A stretch of 32,000 nt of DNA from Candidatus Saccharimonadota bacterium (GTDB lineage Bacteria; Patescibacteriota; Saccharimonadia; Saccharimonadales; UBA4665): the NCBI GenBank assembly GCA_016699935.1, contig CP064992.1:810001-842000 (forward strand). Reading direction: 5' to 3'. Positions 1-10,340 of the stretch are shown here, in pieces. A program made the position numbers and the translations under genes. The first letter of the stretch is position 1. Each line of letters opens with the position of its first letter. The notes beneath the pieces were generated by a model, which was not told where the DNA came from, did not search any database, and saw nothing but the letters and a program-made list of their open reading frames with translations.

Positions 1-1704
1 CCCATTCCTGTACTCCCCTGTTTGTTGAGATTTCGGTGGCGACTTTCAGGTTGGCGCGTGCTACTACTGCCGTTACTGGATTCCGAGTCATATTGCGACT
101 TGCTTCCCCGTAGTAGCTAGCAGGATACAGTGTACCAATCAGCTGCGTACCGTCGGGTGAGAAAAAGACTGGCACAAAACCTTCGGCGAGTTTTTTCAGT
201 TTTTCACGACTTCCGTCTACAACACTGACATAGAAGTAAGTGCAGCCAGTGTAGTAATGGTACTTGTTTTGAGGGTAATTGCAGCCATCTTCTACGTCGG
301 CAACCAGCAGGACGCTATTATCTGGTGCAGCATCTATGTAGAACTCAGAAACGTTTTTTGAATGAGTCAGTTTGGTGGCTTCTGTTTGGCCGCTGGCTAT
401 TACCCATATATTTGACTGTGCATCGCTAGGATTACCGTTTTTACTATTGGTTCGGCTGAAATAGATATTGCCGTTTTGAGCGTAACCGCCACTTAGCAAA
501 CCATCGACTCGTGGTGCTACGATTGTGGTAATTTGGCCTGTTTCAAGATTCACATTTTCTATGGTAGTCAATTTGTACAGCATAAATATCGGATCAACCC
601 AGTAGTTAGAATCGTTGCCAGTTGAAGTTACAGGAAAGACACCAGGGCTAGCGCTAATGACCCCGTTTGGTCTACTGCTTTTTGATTTTAAGGCTGTCAG
701 AACACCATTCGTCACATCCGAGCTAAATGAGTTGTTTGTTGCCGCATATCGTTTATTGCTCGGCGAGTAAGAAATGGTATATATCCTATCTGCTTGGATA
801 TCAACTGGCTCGGCGAAATACAATGATTGCCATTGACTATACTGATGATAGGTCTGGATATAAATATCGTTATTGGATGCAAGCAATGTGCCATTTTTAG
901 CCCACAAATTTATATCATAGTAAGCGTAGTCCCCATCCGTACAGACTGGGTTATATAAACCCTCGCTATCGTAGTTATTGCATGCTGGCACATAAACACT
1001 TGCCCCTGCGACGTATCCGTCGATACTGCTTTTAAACTTTAGACCTAGTTCCAGGTCAGTATTATCTTGATATATACCTGGAACAATACCCCCTGTGTAT
1101 CCTTCCCATATGCTTTGTGAGTAATCCATCGGGTCTGTAACGCGGGTAACTAAAACATTTTTTCCGTCTGGAGAAATTGATAGTTCCCTGACGCTATCGT
1201 AAACGGGTACTCCCTCAATCATAGGATTGAAAGTAACTACATTTTCAGGATTTGAGATTGGGTTGCCATTTTTGTCAATGGTAACAGATGATATTGAAGC
1301 TTGGCTTCGTAGGTTTGGGTCTTCGCCAGTGCAAGGATTTTGCGATGTGCTGTCTGTATCGTCGATAACCTTGCTATCATTCGTACACTTGGCTTGTTCT
1401 GAATAAACGATTGTGTGATTTCCGTCGGTGTCTGGTGCGGAAATAGTGGCTGTTTCTACGCCGTTGCTTGTTTCGGCGGCCACGATATTGCCAGTACCGT
1501 CGGACGCGGAGGTGATTACCTGACTTACGGACTCTTCAGTTTCAGTTTCTTTATTTACATCCGATGAAGTGATGTCGGTGTATAGTATTCTGCCATTGTC
1601 GCCCTCTAGTGCGGCATAGGCATGCGACGGCGTTAGCGCAGCTAAGCCGAAAACCGTAATTACCGCCAGAATAGGTGGTAATACTATTTTGTAACTATAC
1701 TCAT
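1..1704 (-). CDS. Secreted DUF4082-like / PD40 beta-propeller-repeat protein; 3' end runs off the window start
   Basis: Not in the ORF track because it is open at the window edge. My minus-strand translation is stop-free from ~1690 to 1. It shows a signal-peptide-like KIVLPPILAVITVFGLAALTPSHAYA and PD40-like SISPDGKNVLV and FSPDGTQLIG. It also has a DUF4082-like block: LGLKFKSSIDGYVAGASVYVP..INLWAKNGTLLAS..QWQSLYFAEPVDIQADRIYTISY..NYWVDPIF. The GAGGGGAG RBS plus ATG at 1704 joins this frame only if the A4 run (plus-strand T-run 1687-1690) is really A5. Confidence 0.55.
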
Positions 1705-2027
1705 AGCACAAACTCCCCTCGTTAAAGCTCACATTGTGTCTTCGTTATACTCCCGTGTTTTTCGGCTGTCAATGATCTGTGTTACTTGTCAATTTCGCCA
1801 CGATTTTGCATGGCAGCGGCGAACTAAATAAGCATTAATTCCTTGACGGCTAGTATGCTAAAGCCCTCTATCTCTTAAAAATACTTTTAACCATCGTCAA
1901 AAAGAACACCACATAGCCATACGATGCCATTATCCGTTTGCTAATCTGGCGAGATTTTTCTCAGAAGTCAGTCGTTGTTTGTAAGAATTATCACAAATAT
2001 TCTTGTCTATTTACCAGGGCCTATGTG

Positions 2028-2604
2028 CTACAAAAAGCTGCGGGTTTCGGGAGTGACGGGAGTGCCGTAGGCGTATTCGCTGAGGATGGCGGTGATTTCG
2101 CGGGTCAGTTTGGGGAGGCCGCCCTGCTCTTTTCGCTAAACTTCTGGAGCACAAAGTCGGCCGAGTCGATTTGCTCGGGTGTTTTGGGCCGATACCCACC
2201 CTCACGCGGGCGTAGTCAGGGCTGCCGAGCATCTTCGTGACGCTTTTTATACCGTTGTGACCCGCGCTACTGCCGCCTATGCGCATGCGGATTTGGCCAA
2301 ATTCGATATCTATCTCGTCATGGACAACGACTATGCTTTCACCCGGAACTTTGTAAAAATGCGCTATGGCTTGCACGGCCTCGCCACTGAGGTTCATGAA
2401 TGTCGTTGGTTTGCACAAAATTACACGGGTGTCATTCATCTGTTTCACCGCGGATAAGCATTTCATATCTGTTTTGTTTACCCAGGATGGAAAGTCATTC
2501 TTTTTTGCAAATTCGTCTAGACAGATAAATCCCACATTGTGGCGAGTACCATCGTACTCTTTGCCTGGGTTGCCCAAGCCGACAAACAGCAGTGTTTTGT
2601 TCAT
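2028..2604 (-). CDS. pth: Peptidyl-tRNA hydrolase, C-terminus out of frame at two homopolymers
   Basis: ORF 2011..2664 contains MNKTLLFVGLGNPGKEYDGTRHNVGF..NLSGEAV..HDEIDIEFGQIRMRIGGSSAGHNGIKS, which is canonical Pth. The likely start is MNK at 2604. After GIGPK the track ORF becomes Arg/Pro/His junk. Adding one base in each of two A4 runs (plus-strand T-runs 2182-2185 and 2130-2133) gives ..PEQIDSADFVLQKFSEKEQGGLPKLTREITAILSEYAYG..SFL with a stop at 2028-2030. Confidence 0.85.
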
Positions 2605-2664
2605 GCCAAAAGTCGTGAAGCTGATACGGTCGCCTATTTCTGGGCGACGCTGGAACAAGGCCAT

Positions 2665-2685
2665 TATGCGACCTCCGGTCGCATA
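2665..2685 (-). terminator. 9-bp stem hairpin between der and pth (TATGCGACC-GGA-GGTCGCATA), no U-tract
   Basis: A perfect inverted repeat is seen directly downstream of the der stop and ~60 nt upstream of the likely pth start. There is no following T-run, so its function as a terminator is uncertain. Confidence 0.3.
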
Positions 2686-2753
2686 ATTACGAATGATGAA
2701 TTATGAATTATGAATTGAGAAAAGCTGCATTTGCATGATTCATGATACATACT

Positions 2754-4175
2754 TCATGATTCCTTCCGTTTGCTACGCGCCTTGTTTTTCACGATTTTGC
2801 GTTGGGTGGTGGAGCGTTCGGGTTTAGTCGGGCTGTTGCCGTGTTTGTGGCGGCCGTCTTTTTCGATAAACCAGAGTTGTATAGCGGTGCCGTCGAAGTT
2901 CCACTGCGTCCGCAAGTCGCGTTCCATGTAGCGTCTGTAGCTCCAATGGAGGAACTTGGTGTGGGCGCCGAATATTTTGAAGGCTGGTGTAGGATTGTCA
3001 TCTTCCTGAACCATATAATTGAGTTTTGGTGCACGGTTTTTGAGTCCGGCTGGCGGGTGCTTGCTAATCACGCTAGCGAGCCAGTTGTTGAGCTGACTGG
3101 TCGGGATACGTGTTTTGCGATGTTCGGCGACCTGGAGGGCGAGGTCGAAGATTTTGGTGACGTTTTGACCGGTGACACTGCTGGTAAAAACCAGTGGTGC
3201 CCATGCGACAAAATCAAAGGCGTGTGCAATTTGAGGCGCAAGCGCATCGCGCGTGAAGGCATCTTTGCCCTCTACGCTGTCCCATTTGCTTACAACGATG
3301 ATGAGCCCTTTACCTGCCTCTTTGATCATGCCGGCAATTTTTTGGTCGAGGGCGGTGCTTAGTTCGTTCACGTCTATGAGCAACAGGCAGACATCTGCTT
3401 GCTCGATAGCGCTTAATGTGCGGATGACACTGAAATGCTCGATACCTACGCCAATCTTACCAGGACGGCGAATACCAGCCGTATCCATGAGCTCGATTTC
3501 CTGGCCGATGTACTTTACGGTGGTGCGGTTAATATCGCGCGTGGTGCCTGCGCGGTCAGCAACAATTGCCTGCTGCTTTTTGGCAAGGGTATTGAAGAGC
3601 TGCGATTTACCCACATTCGGTCGTCCAAGGAGAGCGATGCGGAGCCGGCTACTATCTTCAACGAGCGTGGCGTGCGGAATCTGCGAGATGAGTGTATCGA
3701 GCAAGGTATCGATGCCCCGTTTTTGGGTGGCACTGGTCGGGAAGATCGGCTTGATACCTAGGCGTTCGAAGCCCTCGAGGTCGCCACCACGCGCTCGGTC
3801 GACTTTGTTGATGATGAGAAAAACGGGTTTTTTGCTCTTGAGGGCGAGCTTGGCGACGCGACGGTCTTCTTCGTTGACTGGCACATTTGCCTCCACGACG
3901 ACCCAGATGATATCGGCACTATCGGCCGCTTGGATGATTTGTTCCTGAATGGTGAACTCGAAATCATCGGTTGCATCTTTCATGCCAGCCGTGTCAACTA
4001 GCCAGAAATTATGATCTTTCCATTCGGCTTTGGCGGTGATGCTATCACGCGTGGTGCCGGCCTCAAGCGCCACGATGGCTTCGCGCCTGTCGAGGATGGC
4101 ATTGAACAGAGAGCTTTTGCCCACATTCGCCCGCCCTACGATGGCGACAATTGGTAGTTTTGTACTCATTACCAC
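2754..4175 (-). CDS. der: Ribosome-associated GTPase Der/EngA (tandem GTPase domains plus KH-like C-terminus)
   Basis: Intact 473-aa ORF with two P-loops (GRANVGKSSLFN and GRPNVGKSQLFN), DTAG motifs (LVDTAGM, LMDTAGI) and NKVD / SKWD G4 motifs. It ends in a basic C-terminal tail. Confidence 0.92.
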   Translation of the reverse strand: MVMSTKLPIVAIVGRANVGKSSLFNAILDRREAIVALEAGTTRDSITAKAEWKDHNFWLVDTAGMKDATDDFEFTIQEQIIQAADSADIIWVVVEANVPVNEEDRRVAKLALKSKKPVFLIINKVDRARGGDLEGFERLGIKPIFPTSATQKRGIDTLLDTLISQIPHATLVEDSSRLRIALLGRPNVGKSQLFNTLAKKQQAIVADRAGTTRDINRTTVKYIGQEIELMDTAGIRRPGKIGVGIEHFSVIRTLSAIEQADVCLLLIDVNELSTALDQKIAGMIKEAGKGLIIVVSKWDSVEGKDAFTRDALAPQIAHAFDFVAWAPLVFTSSVTGQNVTKIFDLALQVAEHRKTRIPTSQLNNWLASVISKHPPAGLKNRAPKLNYMVQEDDNPTPAFKIFGAHTKFLHWSYRRYMERDLRTQWNFDGTAIQLWFIEKDGRHKHGNSPTKPERSTTQRKIVKNKARSKRKES

Positions 4176-4236
4176 ACAGTATAACAGAGGTAAACTACCT
4201 TTGCAAAAAACTTATTCTGATGGTATTATTCACACT

Positions 4237-4922
4237 ATGTTTTCTCATCGTTTACCAGGTGTAGAGTCTCTTGGGCAAGTCAGTTTTATTAGCGGGGTGA
4301 GTCCCAATGCTTTCTCGGTAGATCCCGAAACAGGATTCTTTATACCGAATAATCAAGCTGAAGATGGCTTAAGAACGTACCTGGGATTTATTGGTCTGTA
4401 TGGAAGCGACGGCGGGTTTAATGGATTGAGTGAGGTGACGATGGCATGCTTCATTCAATTACCAAGCTAAACGACGTGCCTCAAGAGTTCCAGACAGTGA
4501 GCTGGCAAGGAAAAGGCGTTGGCGCTCGACTGTGGAATATGCCTGAGGGCCCAATGGGTATGCCACATCCACCGTACAATATCGGTGCCTTCACATAGCA
4601 TCCCAGAAGATGGGTTGCTGGATATGCGTGGGCTACAGACAACTCAGAAGTTTTCAAACAAATCCGCCGTCAGCTGGCGGTTGGGCTTGGTGCTTGCACC
4701 CTTGAAGATGTTACTGAGGAGGTTGGAGCTTCATATGGCAGCGTTGCGGCTGTGCTTCGCCGGATGCCACCTCAAGCCCTAATCCACATGCAGGAGCGGC
4801 TGCCACATGTTTCATGGCACCTGAGGCCATCATTTATGCTTGTTCGCGGCCCGAGCAGTGGCTTGAAGATGGTGGGACAAGTGTCTTTGCCCGGATTTCC
4901 GCATAAAGAACCAAAATCATAG
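4237..4922 (+). pseudogene. Disrupted hypothetical gene (one frameshift ~4440-4470 and one in-frame TAG ~4595-4597); C-terminal part has an HTH-like segment
   Basis: Three consecutive open segments can be joined: MFSHRLPGVESLGQ..GFNGLSEV / MLHSITKLNDVPQEFQTVSWQGKGVGARLWNMPEGPMGMPHPPYNIGAFT / (TAG) / HPRRWVAGYAWATDNSEVFKQIRRQLAVGLGACTLEDVTEEVGASYGSVAAVLRRMPPQALIHMQERL.., with a stop at 4920-4922. I recognise no family. Confidence 0.35.
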
Positions 4923-4931
4923 CGACGTTGC

Positions 4932-5103
4932 TTAACACAGGGTTTGAAGGTAGCTGGTTAACTCGCCGAGTCCTTGTGAGCCAAATTGGGTGCGGTTGAG
5001 GGTTGAGACGCTGCAGCCTAGAGCGGCAGATATTGCGGCGGGTTTGGCGGTTGCGGCCTGTGGGTGGGTGTACTTCGTAGGAGTGAGAGCTGTTCTCTTG
5101 GGG
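4932..5103 (-). pseudogene. Orphan 3'-end fragment of an RsuA/RluB-family pseudouridine synthase gene (copy A)
   Basis: On the minus strand, one frame reads ..SYEVHPPTGRNRQTRR and the adjacent frame reads AALGCSVSTLNRTQFGSQGLGEL..stop. Together these give the family C-terminal motif EGRNRQIRRM-AALGY-V--L-R--FG. About 75-80% nt identity to 9187-9290 and 10556-10640. There is no upstream catalytic domain. Confidence 0.6.
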
Positions 5104-5110
5104 TCATACT

Positions 5111-5194
5111 TTAACCTCAATTCGACATAAACGTACTACAAAGGCTCTACTCGCCCTCCACTTCTGAGGTCGACAGTTATGTCGAGCTCAGGCT
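5111..5194. repeat. Inverted-repeat arm Y-A (pairs with 10341-10508), contains a 9-bp hairpin
   Basis: TTAACCTCAATTCGACATAAACGTACTACAAAGGCTCTACTCGCCCTCCACTTCTGAGGTCGACAGTTATGTCGAGCTCAGGCT is the reverse complement (~90% identity) of 10341-10508 once an 83-nt insertion in the latter is removed. The hairpin GAGGTCGAC-N6-GTCGAGCTC lies just after the ABC transporter stop. Confidence 0.8.
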
Positions 5195-5216
5195 ACTAGA
5201 CCCGTTTATGATGTCT

Positions 5217-7362
5217 TTAGTGCAGACTTATGACGACTTCGTCATCTTCGTTCTTCCGCAGAAGCATCTTTAGGGTCACTGGGGTACCGCGTGAGGCTAC
5301 AGCGTACACTTGAGAGTCTGGTTCTTTATAGTCTTGGATTGCATTTTCCGTGACAACTGACTGCGCGATGGGCATGCTCTTCTGGGCTAAACCAATATGT
5401 TTGTCGATAACCTCTGGCACAATGTATTCTTGCTCATCCTGAATTTGTCGTTGTATCATCGCCTCATTTACCCCCTCAAGACGCTGTAGATATACATCCA
5501 GGCCGCCGAGCTCGTTGACGTTGTGGAGCTGGCCTTCCTCGAGCACGTATATTGTGTCCATGAGCGCAAGGAGTGATTTGCGGTGGGTCACCATGAGTAC
5601 TGTTTTGTCGCGGATAATTTCTTTCAGTGAGTCGCGGATATAGTTTTCACTCTTGGCATCGAGGGCGGCAGTCGGCTCATCGAGACACAGTATGGGTGCT
5701 TGCTTTATGAGCGATCGGGCTATCGCGACACGTTGGCGTTGCCCGCCGCTGAGGGAGCCACCATTTTCACCAGTGGGCGAGTTGATGCCCATGGGCATTT
5801 TTACGGCAAATTCGAGCACATTTGCAACCTGCACGGAGTATTTCACTTCCTCCACGCTGATCTGGCGGTAGACGTCGCCGTCGTATATGTTCTCGACAAT
5901 TGTTTGATCGAATAACTGCGGATTTTGACTGACCCAAGCGATTTTCCGGCGGAGCTGCTGTAACGAGATTGACTGTGTATCAATACTGTCTATCAGTACC
6001 CTGCCCGACTGCGGCGTGATAAAGAGTGGAGCAATTTCAGGATTGTGCTCTTGCCGCCTCCACTTGGGCCGATGATGGCAACTTTTTCATTTTGGTTGAT
6101 ATGGAGATTCAGGTTCTGGAAAACAACCTGTCCGTTGTACGAGTAGGTAACATTTTGTAGGTCTATAACCCCCGGATATTGGGTGGCAACATGCGGTCAG
6201 AGCGCAAATTTTCGATGTTCTCGTGGTCGCTCAGGACTTCGTAGACGCGACCGACGTCAATTATCTTTTGGTAGCGTGAGGTGATTTGCTTTACGAGGCT
6301 TTCAATAGGCCCCAGTAAGTACCCCATATATGTCATGAAAATGAGCAGCTCACCAAAGGTCATTTTGCCCTGCATCGCAGCAGTACCGCCAAAGTACATG
6401 ACTGTAGATGTCGCTAGAATAACCAAAAATGAATTAGTATTTGCGAGTAGGTTATTCCAGGTAAGACTCTTGCGTGTGGCACGGTATCCCTCGTGCCACA
6501 GCGTATCCACCTTCATGAGTTGCTTCTCTTCAAGTGTAAACGCTTGCACTGTCTCGGCGTTATCGACGGCTTCGTTTATGCTGGAAGCGGTCTTGCTGTT
6601 TATCTCAGTAAGTTGCTGGGCGTATATGCCCATATGAGGGGCAATCAAGCGCATAGTGAGGTACAAGAGTGGCATGAGCACTACCGACACTAACGTGAGT
6701 ACTGGATTGAAGCTGAACATGATGGCTAAAACACCGAGTATCATGATGATAGAACTGATGATAGATGCTGTTGTGCCGAGTACCAATTCTGATAGACTGT
6801 TGGTGACTACATTTTGGCGATAGACATAGTCCCCTTTTGCTAGGCGCTGTTGATGGTAGAGTGGCAGGTGCAAAATGTGACGGAATGATTCGGCTTTTAT
6901 GGAGCGATTGAGCCAAAATCCAATTTTGAGCAAGAGGACATCACTGAACCAGGAAAATCCTGCACCGACCAAAAAAAGTACTATAGACATGAGAGCGGTT
7001 ATAGCGATAAGCTTGGGTTGCCCTGTGAATTGTTCAAGCGGACCCGGTGCTGGGATTGTATTGAATGCCGAATCGGCCATAATTTTTATTGGCCACGGTT
7101 TCAGGAGCGAGACAGCCGCTTCGACTAGGCCAAGTGTTACCACAATCGCTATGGCTGGCCGGGCGCGTTTTTGGTACTTTTTAAGCCATGTTTTGAAATC
7201 AGTTCGGATGGTCTGACGACCATTTGTCTTGAGCCAGGCATCAACAGCTTGATTCACGAGATCTTTTGGCCAACCCAAACCGGTCAGTACATCTGCCAGC
7301 ATGTTTGGAGGGACACCACTAGCAACGGCCATATCAATGGCTTCGTATAGTTTTGGCATCAT
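5217..7362 (-). CDS. Fused ABC exporter (6-TM ABC_membrane domain plus ATPase), split into three ORFs by two frameshifts
   Basis: ORF 6163..7362 gives the N-terminal and transmembrane domains. The middle piece carries Walker A GPSGGGKSTILKLL. ORF 5217..5855 carries LSGGQRQRVAIARSLIKQAPILCLDEPTAALD (signature plus Walker B). The break at 6169-6173 is a 5-base C/G run that needs 6 bases (..PNIRGVIDLQNVTYSY..). The second break is near 6027-6035. Confidence 0.85.
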
Positions 7363-7586
7363 ACGGTAATTTTCCTCATGAGTCTTATGCTTACTTTAGT
7401 ATATAAGAGGATGTGGTGATTGACCAACAACATTGACGCATATACTTTTCCGCTGCTTATCAGTTTTATATATAGAACCGTTTATTAATAGATTTGACGA
7501 GGGATATGTTGCGTAGTATAGTCATATTGCATATGGTAAAAATATTGTATTAGAAAAATAAATAACTAATGAAGGAGGCGAGAGGC

Positions 7587-8947
7587 ATGGTGCGAGCAGC
7601 GGATGATGGCGGTAGTAGCAGCTCATATAGCTACTCTAATGATGTTGAAGAGAATCGATTGAAAAACCAAGCCGCTGTTGCACAGGCCGCAGCCGCACAG
7701 GCTGCAGCTGCTAAACAGCGCGAACAAGAGAGAGCTTTTGCAGCTAAGCAAGCCGCTGCTGCACAAGCCGCAGCCGCACAGGCTGCAGCTGCTAAACAGC
7801 GTCAACAAGAGAGAGCTTTTGCAGCTAAGCAAGCTGAGGAAGCCGCTGCTGCCGCGCAGCTTAACGCACAATACAATTCGATTGAAGATCGTAAGCTTGC
7901 GAACCAAGCAAGCATTGCTCAGAACGACCTTAACAACAGCCGCGAAGATCGTAAGCTTGCAAGTCAAGCGGCAGCCGCACAGGCTGCCCAGCAGGCTCAA
8001 ACCAATTCTCAATACAATTCGATTGAAGATCGTAAGCTTGCGAACCAAGCAAGCATTGCTCAGAACGACCTTAACAACAGCCGCGAAGATCGTAAGCTTG
8101 CAAGTCAAGCGGCAGCCGCACTGGGAAGGCTGCCCAGCAGCTCAAACCAATTCTCAATACAATTCGATTGAAGATCGTAAGCTTGCCAACCAAGCAAGCA
8201 TTGCTCAGAACGACCTTAACAACAGCCGCGAAGATCGTAAGCTTGCAAGTCAAGCGGCAGCCGCACAGGCTGCCCAGCAGGCTCAAACCAATTCTCAATA
8301 CAATTCGATTGAAGATCGTAAGCTTGCAGAACCAAGCAAGCATTGCTCGAACGACCTAACAACAGCCGCGAAGATCGTAAGCTTGCAAGTCAGCGGCAGC
8401 CGCACAGCATGGCATTGACTCACATGTTGAATTAGGTGATGCTTTAACGTCTAGCCCTGGTGATGTTCCTAACCCCGGTGGTGGCTCCAACCCCAGTTCT
8501 GACGACTCGCCCACTCCAGGTGATGTTGGTCGTGTGGAAACTGTCAGACCTGGTGACACGCTAAGCAAGATCGCGCTACGGCATGGTACTACCGTAGAGG
8601 AGCTAGTAAGATTGAATAATATTCAGAATCCAGATTTAATCTTTCCAGACCAAGCTATCAAATTGCCGAACTCTCTCGGTGGCGCTGCTCAGGCGCGGCT
8701 GACTCAGACGGAGTACAGGATTACGTTGTAGTAAAGGGTGATACATTAGTGAAATAGCACAACGCCGTGGTCTTGATTATCGGGAGATTGCAAAGGCAAA
8801 TAACATCGATAACCCAGACATTATTCGCAGTGGTCAGGTAATCAAACTACCGTCAAGTCCGGTTGGTGGTGGTATGGCTGGTGTTGGCGATGATAATGCT
8901 CTTGCCACTACGCCAATAAGTCTGACGAGTTTTACCAAGAATCCCTA
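7587..8947 (+). CDS. Ala/Gln-rich tandem-repeat protein with two C-terminal LysM domains; several frame breaks
   Basis: GGAGG RBS sits 8 nt before the ATG at 7587. Repeats are AAAQAAAAKQR(E/Q)QERAFAAKQ x2 and NSIEDRKLANQASIAQNDLNNSREDRKLASQAAAAQAAQQAQTNSQY x~4. LysM1 is VRPGDTLSKIALRHGTTVEELVRLNNIQNPDLIFPDQAIKLP. LysM2 is VVKGDTLVKIAQRRGLDYREIAKANNIDNPDIIRSGQVIKLP, reached only by adding one A at 8752-8754. Stop at 8945-8947. Confidence 0.7.
7671..7832 (+). repeat. 81-bp coding tandem repeat x2
   Basis: 7671-7751 and 7752-7832 are near-identical (gccgctg(t/c)tgcaca(g/a)gccgcagccgcacaggctgcagctgctaaacagcg..). Confidence 0.85.
7869..8400 (+). repeat. 141-bp coding tandem repeat, ~3.8 copies (units start at 7869, 8010, 8155, 8296)
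   Basis: The unit is caatacaattcgattgaagatcgtaagcttgc..caggctcaaaccaattct. Copy 2/3 junction carries a 5-nt insertion (tggga) and a 1-nt deletion. Copy 4 carries at least 4 single-base indels. Confidence 0.9.
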
Positions 8948-9019
8948 GCTGTATTGGCACGTAAACAATCTACTCGACTTACGTGGCAACTCCCATGACC
9001 CCAGTTTCGCTAGGAGTGT

Positions 9020-9300
9020 TTATATGTCCTCTATTCTGTCGTCAGTGGAGCTATCTTCTCTGATTCCTTCAAGATAAAGGAGCTGCTCAGGAATCGCTCC
9101 TGGACAAGGCTGGTGCAGGTGTGATTCCCGTGTCCGTCGAGTGTATGATGACGATATCTTTGGCTGTGCATAACTAAGATTATATGAGCCAAAGTGGGTG
9201 CGGTGGAGGGTGGTGACGTTGTAGCCGAGAGCGGCGAAATGTGCGGCGGATTTGACGGTTGCGGCCTGCGGCTTTGTGTACTTCCCCACGTCTCTTTGTT
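9020..9300 (-). pseudogene. Orphan 3'-end fragment of an RsuA/RluB-family pseudouridine synthase gene (copy B)
   Basis: On the minus strand, one frame reads AGRNRQIRR and the adjacent frame reads AALGYNVTTLHRTHFGSYNL... Core homology with copies A and C is at 9187-9290. The shared 12-mer cggttgcggcct is at 9256-9267. Confidence 0.55.
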
Positions 9301-9609
9301 GTAGGTTGGACGGAGTCCAGCTGGCCATAACAGCTATGCTATCACACCCGGTGTCGGCTTCGTGGGTGACAATCGCTTCGAGCCCATTGAGGACTGCTTA
9401 GATTACATCATCAGGCGGCCTCATAACATACTAAGCGGTTGAGTAACTGCAAGTGCTAAGACGGGCTTTGCGAATGCTACACCGGATACGAGAGCCACGT
9501 ATGTTTCGTCGGTCTACCTCTTGTGCAAATTCATGTATCATAAACTAATTGAGCTCGCTTGATAGGAAAAGGTTATTGGTGTATAACAAATGACCAGAAA
9601 GGTTATGAC

Positions 9610-9828
9610 ATGGATACTGAACAAGCTCCCGTCGTAGGTTCCCCTGCGGAAATATATGGTGTGCCTAGAGAAGCCGAAGACTTAAGAGGATTTGGTGGTT
9701 TGTGCATGGTTCTAGTGAGACGAGCCGCAGCCTTAGCTTATGGTGCTGCATTAGTCATTGCCGGGATACAGAAAAATTTGAATAGGACAATAACAGATAT
9801 ATTACGACGCGCTCCTTCGCTACATTGA
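9610..9828 (+). CDS. Hypothetical small protein
   Basis: Part of track ORF 9559..9828. The plausible start is MDTEQAPVVG at 9610. It has a C-terminal hydrophobic segment AAALAYGAALVIAGI. I recognise no family. Confidence 0.3.
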   Translation: MDTEQAPVVGSPAEIYGVPREAEDLRGFGGLCMVLVRRAAALAYGAALVIAGIQKNLNRTITDILRRAPSLH

Positions 9829-9951
9829 AAAATAGTGATACTTCTGCGCCATCCAGAAATGACAATAATACTATTAGGACGGGCTTGCTTCCCGTTTATT
9901 AATTATGGCATAAATCGTGTGTTCGATTTGGTCTTGTGCGCCAAGAAAGTA

Positions 9952-10332
9952 ATGTATAATAACCAGATGGATTTTAAAAAATACCCTAGACGTTCAACAA
10001 CATTACTATTGTTATTGGTGGTTGCTTTTGTTTGTTTTTCTATTATCGCGAATACGTTTGGAATGGCTGCACAATCCAAAGGAGCAACAGACGGCGGCGC
10101 TCCCTTTCTAGTCGCATTCTTTTTATTAGGGCCAATCCTGCTTATTTGTGTAATTGCTGGGCTTCTCATCTATAGCTCAATGCATAAAAAATCAACACCG
10201 AATGCTATGGCTGTACCTATGGTCAATAAGCAAACAGTACATGATAGCTCTGCGGTAACTACTACGGCAAGCAATCCAAATCAATTACCTCAGGTTAATC
10301 CTGAAGTGCCAGAACAAGTAAATCGTCAGTAG
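9952..10332 (+). CDS. Small two-TM membrane protein
   Basis: Part of track ORF 9835..10332; the likely start is MYNNQMDFKKYPRR at 9952. There are two hydrophobic helices (TLLLLLVVAFVCFSIIANTF and FLVAFFLLGPILLICVIAGLLIY). The Y-C hairpin follows directly. Confidence 0.45.
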   Translation: MYNNQMDFKKYPRRSTTLLLLLVVAFVCFSIIANTFGMAAQSKGATDGGAPFLVAFFLLGPILLICVIAGLLIYSSMHKKSTPNAMAVPMVNKQTVHDSSAVTTTASNPNQLPQVNPEVPEQVNRQ

Positions 10333-10340
10333 CTTAATTT

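Noticed and set aside
2789-3976. Many track ORFs overlap der (e.g. 2802..3362+, 3253..3948+, 3435..3761+, 3515..3733-).
   Set aside because: They are antisense or off-frame to an intact, strongly recognisable GTPase gene and have biased, motif-free sequences. They are spurious.
4932-5120. Track ORFs 4932..5120 and 9020..9328 look like small excisionase/HTH-type proteins (..AALG(C/Y)-V-TL-R..).
   Set aside because: The same DNA in the adjacent frame encodes GRNRQ(I/T)RR, and copy C is contiguous with the pseudouridine synthase gene. They are 3'-end fragments of that gene family, not independent HTH genes.
7869-8400. The regular 141-bp repeats could be mistaken for a CRISPR-like array.
   Set aside because: The units are directly tandem with no unique spacers, they lie inside a coding frame, and they encode a repeated peptide. 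This is a protein-coding tandem repeat.
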